A stretch of 64,000 bases of DNA, from contig NC_087251.1 in assembly GCF_037042905.1 (NCBI RefSeq), positions 8,992,001-9,056,000 on the forward strand. The letters are read 5' to 3'. The notes under the pieces are model-generated. The model did no database searches and was not told where the DNA came from. It saw only the letters and a program-made list of their open reading frames with translations. A program made the position numbers and the translations under genes. This document shows positions 46,501 through 58,100 of this stretch, piece after piece. Every line of letters starts with the position of its first letter. Within the stretch, counting starts at the first letter, position 1. Source of the DNA: Lytechinus pictus (lineage: Eukaryota).

Positions 46501-49500
46501 AAATATTTGAAAAACTAGTGAATGTACGATTGATGAAATTCATAGAAAAGAATGAAATATTGTATAAACACCAATATGGTTTTAGAAATGGATACAGTAC
46601 GAAACTTTCACTGATAAATCTGATTAATCAAATTACAAGATATACCGATGAAGGAAAGGTGACAGTAGGAATATTCATCGATTTTGCTAAAGCTTTTGAT
46701 ACAATTAATCATTCTATTCTCATTAAGAAACTAGAACACTATGGCATTCGTGGTAAGGCAGTAGAATGGTTTAATGATTATTTACGAAACAGAAAGCAAT
46801 TTGTTAATTATGATGGTGTAAATTCCGAATACAGGTCGATTTCATGCGGTATTCCACAAGGATCAGTTTTGGGTCCTACTTTGTTCTTGTTGTATATAAA
46901 CGATCTGGCAAACTCATCAAATTATTTCAATTTCCGTCTTTTTGCGGATGACTCAAATTTATTTCATACTTTCAATTGTGATGAACAACATATTGATTTA
47001 TCAGAAATTAGTCTCAATTTAAACAATATAATAGCATGGTGCAATGCCAACAAATTGACAATCAATGTTACGAAAACTAAATATATGTTGTTTAAAAATA
47101 GACGAAAAAATATTATGATATCAGGACAATTGTCACTGAAAGGAACTTTATTAGATTGTGTTGAATCAACATTATTTCTTGGTATATGTATCGACAAAAA
47201 CCTTACATGGAAGAAACAGGTTGACATTGTCTGCAATGTGCTAAGCAAAAAAATTGGAATACTTTATAGATTGAGGAATTATGTAACAAAGAGAATCTTA
47301 GTTATGTTATACAACTCATTTATTTTACCACAGATAACGTATGGTCTGGAAGTATGGGGTGGGACGTGCAAAACAACCCTGAACCCTATATTATTACTTC
47401 AAAAACGAATAGCTAGAATAATGACGTTCAACCATCATACTTATCACTCTGCTCCTTTATTTTATGATCTAAATATTCTCGATATTTTCAAACAATACCA
47501 ATATTTGATAGGAGTATTTATGCACGATTTAATTAATAATCGGTTGCCGCATAGTTTTATTGATTATTTTTCATTTATAGACCATCCTTACAATACAAGA
47601 AATAGAGAAAAGCGAAATGTTAATCTTGACAAAAATAATACCAATTTGGGAAAACAATCAATTTCATTTTCTGGTCCTACTTTATGGAATCTTCTGCCAA
47701 GTAATGTTAGAAACACCCCCAGTCGTAAGATATTTAGCAAATCGTTAAAATTAATGCTACTGGAAGATTATAATTAATTAGGTATGGTAAAATACTGCCT
47801 GAAAACAATAATTCTATATAAAGATTTTGTGAATAATTAAGATATTTTTTTCTTGTAAATAGTGTAAATATGTTCATTGAAAATGATCGAAATTTTCTGC
47901 AACAGTATAAGTAGAATTAGTATTGATTTTGATGTACAATATTGAGATTTAGTTAGATTTATTGTTTAAACTATGATAATGACATTATTTGGGGCTAACC
48001 TCGATTAGCATCTTGCTATTATGTTAGCTCCAATTACCAAATGTTTTGTTTATATGTGATGTACTATTCCTTTTAATTGTACCTGACAGTGATATTTGGT
48101 AATAAATTCAATTCAATCATTCAAATTTTTTGATTTTTGTTTACCTTGTGAAAGGGCGGTGAATGAATTTGTAAACAAAGATAGCTCTCTCAGACATGCC
48201 AACCGTTCCCTTTTTAGAGTATTTATTCCTCTTTTTGCTATAAATACACCAATACTTATTTTGTATGATTTGTTACTTTTTTGTTAAATTTCTGATAATG
48301 GAGTATGTATTATACACAGCATGCGACACTAGCGCCGATCCAACAGTCCCAGACCGGTAAAAATCTCTGTCGGACCAGTTACTTGTTGCATGAAAAGAAC
48401 AAGTAAATTCTCGCCTACGAGCACATGTTTAAAAGGGTGAATTATCAAGTTTTCAAGTTAAGTCATCTCACATGTTTTTCACCGATCTCACTACAACAGG
48501 CTGGCGATTGTTACGTTGAGACAATTTTTTTTTTAAATACTCTTTTTTGTCAAAAAATACTTTTTCCCCCTTATAAGAATACTTATTGTGGTTGTAGAAG
48601 GTTGGCAGGTCTGCTCTCTACGAGGTAGGGAAAAGCCGTTGCCCCCAAGCAACAAAGACCGATCTTGTTTTATTGTAAATCAAACGAAGAAGAAATTGTT
48701 ACATTTTCATTTCTTTTCATACATGATTAATATTTGGGTTGTCTCCCCAAGCGCTCTTTCATGTCTTTATTTCTATGAAAATATGTGTACCAACCAAACA
48801 ATGATGTTGAAATAAATAATAATACTACTAATAAAAAAAGAACCCTGCAAGATATAAAGTGTTTCTGTCAAATACACTTTTTAAAGTAGGAAGACTGAAT
48901 AATGCAAGTGAATAAATATACGTCCATTGCCTACATGTACAATCACTTTTATTTTTTGTCAGTCATTTTGATATTTTATGAGCACAAGTATTACCAACAA
49001 CTATCCGCGAAGTATCATGATCTTGTATATTATGCATCCCGATATGTAGAGAAAGCTAATAGCGATGTATGTTTGTTTTGTGTCAGGTGATGCTTTTCTA
49101 GCCTTATGGAAGGTGACTAGAGCAAACATGGATCACATCCTAACACGTGTCATCAAGTGTGGTCTTCGTATCCAGGATAGATGTGATAACTGGGACACGG
49201 AGGTTGGCGTCAAACTCAGAGTAAAGATAGGTAAATAAAGAATCATTCAAAAATACCACCAATTGCCCAATTGTATATATGTAAACATAAAAATCATTGT
49301 AAGTTTTACATTTAATTCACCAAGGGGAAAACCCCCATCTTTTGTATTTTGCAATATGTGATTCTGGTCTACACTGAAGACAGAGAATTTGCGTTTAGCT
49401 ATTGAGAGCAGAAGTCAATGATTTTGCTTCGGATGACTTTCTGATTTTCTTAGTTTCGCTCGCTTTTCATCAGTGTTCATGTTTCTTTCCGTACGCCGTG

Positions 49501-52500
49501 TGCATTGCTGGCTTAAACCATATCAATATGCTTTTTCCCCTTTTCGACACTTTCCTTCCTGTAGTCCATTCTCTGTTTCATTTAATTATTCTTGACATAA
49601 TTTCACCTGTCCCTTTGTCATGTTGAATAGCTCTGTCCATCGGACCTGTCAGAGTCACGACCATTGGCAATGAAGGATGCATACACTTTGTCCTGAGTGG
49701 TCCAGCAGTACTCGAGGCAAACATTGCTGAAAAGTTTGCTCTATCAGGCGATGTCATCCTCTCTCCAAAAGTTTGGGCCTACTGCCCTGACCATGATCTT
49801 ATCGATCATACCTTCAAATCAGATGACAAACACATTGCGGTAATCACGTCAATTAACTTATATTTTAAGTATTGCATGAGGAACACTAAGACTTCATATG
49901 AACATTTCCTCCTCAGACAAACCTCGGAGACAAAGATCGAGAGATAAAATATAACGATCTTAAAGAGCTTCAGACTTGAAGCTACATGAAATTAAGATTC
50001 ATGTGAATTGTATGACAATATACACCATTAATACAATGACAGTACGTGCCGAATGCTCAACATGATTCCCATTGGAAAAAAAAACAATATGTGCAAATTT
50101 AAAAAAAATGTATAACTTGGATTAATTGCATGCAGAGCGAGACAATAAAGGAAATGTATTATAATATAATGCTAGCACTATCACCATGGTGCCCTTTGAT
50201 AAACTGCCACTGGCTTTAATACATTAAGCAATGTGAAATAATATTTAGCTCCCAATTGATATTATCTGTGGACCAGGTGACAGCGTATCATCGTCGTAAA
50301 TCCATTGAACCTGGTAAAGGTACGAAAGCATCTTCAAGTCTTCCAGCCAATCAACGTCAGCGTGGGGCGGGAGGTAAAGTCCCTCTAAGAGGTGCGTATG
50401 GGAAAATTAATAAATTTACATATATATTTCTCTGCTACTGACTGCATTTTACCAATGTTAGAATTAATATTATTAATCAATATTATTTCTACAATTCCAT
50501 GACTGCATGTTTCGCTCTTTTTGTAAATTACAAAAAAAAATCTTTTAAAAATATAATGATGATACATTCATAAGACTTTAAACATGGGCTAAAGCCTAAT
50601 GCAAAGTATACGAGATGGATGTAGGATAGCGCTATCAAACTATTACACCAAAGAAACTTGATATAGAAAATGAGTTAACTTTCTGGTACTCGGTACCCAA
50701 AAGCAATATATAAAGGCTTGGTCACACCGCCCGAACTTTGTTGGAGTGTTCCCCGAACGGTAGGGAGAGGGGGCCGAATTTCGACAACGCTCGTCACCGC
50801 GCACAAAATGGGAACAAAGATCGAAAATACGGGCATTGCCTTAGCGTTCACCACTGAAGCCGGCGTTGCTTTAGCGTTGGTTTGGCGGTGACGCGTGCGT
50901 TGATAGAGCGGCATTCTGCGCATGCGGCCGTTAGCTCAGCGGGGATTTAAAGTTGGTTTAGCGGCATACCGCTTTTGACTACAGAGCTGAGCGGATCGCT
51001 TTGATAGAAGTTCTGATATCCAAATGGGCTCCTGGTCCATTTCTCCCCGTATTTATAGCCAAATGCTGGCCCCGCTCCGACACCTCCATACCAACGCCAA
51101 ACCAAAGTTCATCACCGCAATGGATCGCTTCTTCAACGCCCGACACCGTTCCACGAATGCCGTGTCCGCTCGTAAAACACAACTGCTTTAACAAAGTTTG
51201 TGCGACGTTTAATCACCGCCGGGCAAAGCTGGCGAAGTAGCGGTGGTCCAGCGTTCAAGATTTCTGCGTTGGCGTAGCGGACCCAAGCGTCCACGAACTT
51301 GCGTCTAGCGGTGCCAAACTTTGACTGGGCGTTGTTGGAGCGGTGGTGAACTTTGCCGGAGCGGACAATTGCCCGCTCCTCACCGCTTGCAATATTTGTG
51401 CAGCTCGAAACTTTCGGAGCGGTAGGAGGGACCATCAGCGGCTGCCGAGCGTATACGGCTTTGCCTTAACGGGGGCCAACTTCTTTTAAAACGGTGGTGA
51501 ACAGTAACGAGCGGTGACTAATTTTTTCACCGCTCCAGGAACGCTCCAACAAAGTCCTAGCGGTGTGACCAGGCCTCAAGAGCATAAGAAAGCCCACGTC
51601 AAATGGTTGAAATTATTTTGCATTTTGAATCAGATGAGAGATTTACAGGATGGAGGCGACTATCAACTGGAGCTTATCTTCTACAGAACCAGGCTGCCAA
51701 TGCTCGTATGGGAGTTCCCAAACCTTCAATGACGGGTGCTATGTATGGTGATGCTGATATCACTGATTCAGCAGTTGAACAAGACGCTCGTGGTAGACGT
51801 AAGTTTAGCGAAAATTGTATTTATGTTTGTAGAATGAAAGTTTCGCAAAGGTCATCAAATCAATAATCTTGTTATCATATACCACACGATGAGAGTCTAA
51901 TAAGGTGAGAAAATTTACGGTGTCAATAGGCACATTAAAAAGGTTTACCAGTGCCCGTATCAGTGAATTTTCGGTTAATAGTCCTAGTCTTGTGAGATGT
52001 GATTAGTTTATAATATTCCTGTGCAAAGTATATGCCTGTTTCTAATTGTTGTTCTATTGTTGTGTTAAAATATAAAAAGTTATGTGATTAGTGTTAAAAT
52101 GATTTTGTATACTATATAGTATATGGCAAGAGAATAAAAGCCTAAAATGTTTACCTGAATCTGTGTTTTCGGCAAATACGACCTTGGCGGAATTTCAAAA
52201 TTAGTTCACTTTCCCCTACTATACTTCTTCACAGAGAGACCAGCCGTGTTTGTTTCACCGACAGATGACGAGAAAGCTCGTTTGCGGAAGTACATTATCA
52301 AGCCCGTTCTTCAGAAGGTAGGCTTGATATAGGAAAAGTAAAGAAATATACAACCATTGGAAAATAATGAAACAAACAAGATTGAGATATTTGGTAAACC
52401 TTCATTCATATCTATAAGATGATGTTCGTTTTTGTACTGAAAATTAGATGTTCTTTAAAATAAACTGTGATGCAATATTTTCTAATTTCAAGTTAACGAT

Positions 52501-55143
52501 TCATCAAGACAACCTGTAACTCTGTTTCGTTTTACACTTTACAAAAGCTAAACAATTCTATGCTTTGTCAAACATACATGTATGATGTTGATTCTAAATA
52601 TAGATTGACGATGACATGCCCCTTGAGTACTTATCAGAGATGCGTCAAGTTTCTGTGGTATTCATCAACCTTATCTTTAAAAGTGGCGCCGACATTGATG
52701 AAAGTGACAGTCTTCAAGATGCTTTCAACGTCATATACGATAGTATGCTTGCCTTTGAAGGTATAGTCTTTGGTCTCGCCTCCCTCTCTTGGCTTTTAGT
52801 TTGGGTGGTATGAATCTCATACAATATCAGTGTATGATATAAAATGTCAATCATTTGATACTACTTCTTAATGCAAAATCATTCTAGTGGGCGCAAGTCT
52901 TTTTTTTTCCTCACTTATATGCTTTTCACACTGCACTTTTTTTACCTTAACTCCGGGAAACTGGTGGGGCTTAGCCCCACCAATTTCCCGGGGTTAAGCT
53001 TAGCCCACTTCGTTTTCACACTACGTTTTAGCAAAGTGGGCTAGCACGGTAAATAGTACGGTACTATCTGGCCCTGCAAAAAAGCAGGGTTAGCCGGCTT
53101 ATTGTGGTGCTAGCACCACAATTGCGGTGCTTAGAGATGCAGTGTGAAACGAAAGGAAAAGTGGGGCTAAGCAATAGCCAATCACAGAAGTCGAAATTGC
53201 ACGTTAATCACGCTCTGTATGGTAAAATCATCAATATTCATGAGCTGTGGGATAGTCCGGGGTTAAAGGCGTTAACCCCGGCTAAGCAGATAGTATGGGG
53301 TTAAGAAAGACAGTGTGAATCCAAAAAAAAATAGTATGGGGTTAAGGATAGTACGGGATTAAGGAAATGCAATGTGGTATGAATCTCATACAATATCAGT
53401 GTATGATATAAAATGTCAATCATTTGATACTACTTCTTAATGCAAAATCATTCGAGTGGGCGCAAGTCTTTTTTTTCCTCACTTATATGCTTTTCACACT
53501 GCACTTTTTTACCTTAACTCCGGGAAACTGGTGGGGCTTAGCCCCACCAATTTCCCGGGGTTAAGCTTAGCCCACTTCGTTTTCACACTACGTTTTAGCA
53601 AAGTGGGCTAGCACGGTAAATAGTACGGTACTATCTGGCCCTGCAAAAAAGCAGGGTTAGCCGGCTTATTGTGGTGCTAGCACCACAATTGCGGTGCTTA
53701 GAGATGCAGTGTGAAACGAAAGGAAAAGTGGGGCTAAGCAATAGCCAATCACAGAAGTCGAAATTGCACGTTAATCACGCTCTGTATGGTAAAATCATCA
53801 ATATTCATGAGCTGTGGGATAGTCCGGGGTTAAAGGCGTTAACCCCGGCTAAGCAGATAGTATGTGGTTAAGAAAGACAGTGTGAATCCAAAAAAAAATA
53901 GTATGGGGTTAAGGATAGTACGGGATTAAGGAAATGCAATGTGAAAAGTATTTATGAGACGCAGTGTGAAACGAAACTGGGCTAAGGAAAAGTGGGGCTA
54001 AGCAATAGCCAATCAGAGAAGTCAAATTGCACGTTAATCATGCTCTGTATGGTAAAATCATCAATATTCATGAGCTGTGGGATAGTCCGGGGTTAAGGCT
54101 TTAACCCCGGCTAAGCAGATAGTATGGGGTTAAGAAAGACAGTGTGAATAAAAAAAAGATAGTATGGGGTTAAGGATAATCCGGGGTTAAGGATAGTTTG
54201 GGGTTAAGGAAATGCAATGTGAAAAGCATATTATTGGCACTTCTGTGTATTTTTTTCCCACATACTGTACATGTATAATTATGGTTCCTATAATTGCATG
54301 CTCTTGTTATATTGTGTTTTTTTAATGTAATTTTTATGTATGCCTATTCTATGAAAATATGTGCTTTGGCTTTTCAGCCGCTATTGATTTTTCTTGTGAT
54401 AAACCATCTATATTGTATTTTTATTCCACTCTATCTCAGCTCTCCTCTTTGAATAACTTTGTTCTTCCTTCAATTTTTGTTTCAGGTTGTCTTAATAAAG
54501 TCTTCATGTTTGATAAGGTAAGGTATGGAAGCATCTATGAAATGAAATTAAATAAAAGTATTATGATGTGAAAGTAATGCCTGCTATAGTCTGACTATTC
54601 GAGATTGTAACATTTTCAATACAGAACTCTCATTTTTTATAAAATGGATATTGAAGTAGTTGTCAAGAAATAAAATGCGGTATAATTTTTTCCCCTCTGG
54701 AATAGTAATCGTTGCCACCAGTTCTCGTACCTTTTGAACAGGATGAAATGCGAGCAAAGCTCATCTTTACATGTACCTACAATGTGATGAATAATATAAA
54801 GTAATCTAATTAGGTCGCGAGGCACATTAATGATCTGCGCATCATTCTATTTCCAAATTAGCTGGATCAATGCCGGAATCTCATTTTTCTTTGAAAAGAG
54901 TGAATTACATAATATTTTCTATATCTCTCTGGCGCTATATCCTTTAAGAAATTTTCCACAATCAAATTTTAAAAAGTAATTTATCAAGGCCTCAATCAAA
55001 GAAGTATCTTAATTCAATGAGTTACAAATTAGTAAAACTGCACGCCTCTTTAGCCTTCCATTTATACTTCGACACACCTCATTTTTTTAATGTTCACTTT
55101 TGATTCTAAGCGCACATACGTGCATATACATGTGTTTGTGTGC

Positions 55144-55186
<43 letters not shown>

Positions 55187-58100
55187 CTGGAATCATGTTG
55201 GTAATATTATAATTTCACTAACAAATTGAACTAGACTTTAAAAGAAAATGGAGCTTATTTTGATTAGTTTAAGCCTGCATTCTATTGTTACCTATCGTGA
55301 TTCTTTTATTCTTTAGATGCCAAGCGCACTAACTCTTAATTTATTTATATAACAAATGAAATCCACCCAATGCTTTTGCCAGTCAAGTCTTCGATCCTTT
55401 GTCTTCATCAGGGCCCCGTCTTACAAAGAGTTACGATTGATCCAGTCAGCCGTAACTCTATTGAAATCCATCAGTGTCATAATTTTTTCTACAGGAAATT
55501 TGCAAAATGTCCTTTTTAAACAAAGGAGAACACACCAAATTGTCAAGAAATTAATGAATTTATGGATATACATTCATATCTAGAAAATTTCTTGAACAAA
55601 CATGCATTTTATATGTTGACTTTGCTGGCTTTCCATAGTTGCTATTGATCAAATCAGTCACAACTCTTTGTAAGACGGGCCCCAGGAGTAAATGACAATG
55701 ATCAAATCAATCACAATTCGAGGGTGCATCCACAGACAGACGTCGATATGATAACTGGCTGAAGATGTGCCCTCTGATTATGATTCATCTGATCAAATTT
55801 GAGGCTTTTAATAAAGATTTGATTTGAAAAATTACTTTATCACTGAAAACTGAATTATATATTTATATAAAAAGATTTGATTGGCAAAAGCATTTACTGG
55901 ATTTGTTTTGTTTTGTATAGATATACTTGTATATATGACCCGTTTACTAAAAGTTGTTACAATAAACAATTTGAAGAACAGATTAAAGCCATTGAAATCA
56001 TTCATTTTAATTTGTAGCTGATATTAAACTTGTCATAAAAATTTTCACTTGTTATTATAACAAGTCTTTATGAAACAAGACCCTGAATGACCACAAAGTT
56101 TTAGCTAATAATCGACCGTCATTCATCTGAAATTTTGCCCTTCGATGGAATCATATTATTATAATAATCATTGAGTCTGAATCAAAATAATTCAATAGAC
56201 AGCCGGAAAAGGAAAAATCAAAAATGAAATAAATAGAAACATATCTTTATATTATAGGGGTGCACATTCTTAGCCATCTTTGGTCTACCAGGCTACAAAC
56301 ATGAAGATGATTGCGCTCGTGCTCTAAGATGTTCTTATCGTATGATTGAACTTTTGAAAGGAACAAACAACATCATGTGAGTATATAACATGTATAATAA
56401 GCCTTAAAAACTACTGCTAAGATGATTTGAATTGTCTTTAATACGTGTACTACCTGTAAAGATTATTTATTTTATATTATGACCTCGTTATATTTTCATC
56501 TATTCTTGAGGATCTATGTTCAGTCGTTATGGATGTGCATACTGTGATCTCTTGCTATCTTTCATGTTTATTTTCAAAACTAAAAAAAAAAAAAAAAAAA
56601 AATCGAAATTAATTTTTTTGTGTGTGTGAACGCGAAGAAAAAAAAATGTTATCTTTTTATTAACAATTATGAACATTGACTAAAGGTGATTCATGTGTTA
56701 TTTCATCATTGAAATTATTTTCTCCCGTTTTATACATGTCATTAAAAAAGTATACTTTTTCTGAAATACTTCGCGAGATCAAAGGGGGAAACCCCCTATT
56801 GCGTAATGTTACAACCACATCTGAATCCTTCGTAAAGCTAAATTAAGAGCCATTTCTCACTTACAAGAGTGTTATAAAACAATCCTGAATGTATATAAAC
56901 AATACCCTTGCAGACAGTGACGAGATTCATGGACATTTGAAGGTTCCATGACTCATGCGTGCAGACAGAAGAAGCTAATACAAAGATTAAGTGGTCATTA
57001 TATTCTCATTGAGACATAAAATTCGATAGTGACAAATTTTGGCGGCAGACTCTGTGAAAAGAATTAAGGTACCTCCCGATCAGTGATGCCAACGGAAAAA
57101 AACCCAAGTGTGCCACATATGTGCATAATTCACAGCAATCTACTATGCACATATGAGGTATTATTTATATTGTGAGTTATAGTGTAGAGGGGATAGGTCC
57201 CCGGACAATAAATCCACGATTGTATATCGGTTACAAATCTCACCCTGGCATAGATGATATTTGGTAGATGACGATAGGGCATACTTCTTCCTGATGACGG
57301 CTTAATTTGAATGGATAGAGCGAAACCATACAAGCAAGACGCGGAAGTTTTTCTCAAATGCGAGTACAATATAATGTTTCCGTATTTTGCACTATTTTTG
57401 TAAAACGTTTATAATACAAACGAGCGACACTCAATAAGTTGATAGTGTCATAAGCTCGGTTTCTTGTTTAAATTATAGCATGAAACATTAATGTACCAGG
57501 AACAATGTTTGCTATTCAAAATCAAGCTAAAAACGTGTCCAGATAAGAGAGGTCGGACTGTATGTATAATATTATCTTAGAGCAGAAAGTTAAGTTCCTT
57601 AACTTGATATAATAAAGTGTTATTTTTTCCTCTACAGTGCGTCCCAAAAAAACTATACACTTTTGAAATGGCTGCCAAATAAAAAATATATCACTTTTGG
57701 GGAAAACACATATATATATGGAAGCCAATAAAGTCAACTTTCAAATGACACCAAAAAGTTGGAAAACTTTTCATGCTTGAGCGAGCACTGCCCATTGAAA
57801 CAAAGGGTATGAAAATTAGGGTGGGCAGGAATTAGCCTTCCAATTTCTTTCGGTGTTTGAGATGCGATTCCCTGGGAACTTGCAAAGTTGAGGATGTTTT
57901 GATAAATCAATGATCAAGCATTATCAATTTAGGTTTTTAGAGCAAATTTCAAGTATTATTAAATTGAAATTAATGCATGAGTGACCATGAAATACAATTT
58001 TTCACTTTTTAAGTGGATCTCAGCAATGTGTTCATGGAAGTCAGAATAGGGATAGGACTTAGGTGGGGGAAGTAGGTTGACGGGATATGGGTCAACAGAA

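Larger units (their letters stand above)
44272..48114 (+). mobile_element. CR1/L2-group LINE, 5'-truncated within ORF1, with intact ORF2, inserted in sense in a sAC intron
   Basis: ORF1 remnant, ORF2, 3' stem-loop at 47991-48031, AATAAA at 48101 and (ATTCA)n tail. AATCAT is present at both 44266-44271 and 48115-48120 (possible TSD). Confidence 0.92.

Noticed and set aside
50675..51435. Cluster of 70-100-aa ORFs on both strands
   Set aside because: They fall inside a GC-rich Harbinger-type MITE and show no transposase motifs.
57130..57369. Minus-strand ORF with LPNIIYARV, faintly like the Smad MH1 LPHVIY motif
   Set aside because: The following WRWPDL and the upstream motifs are absent and no supporting exons were found, so this is likely chance.
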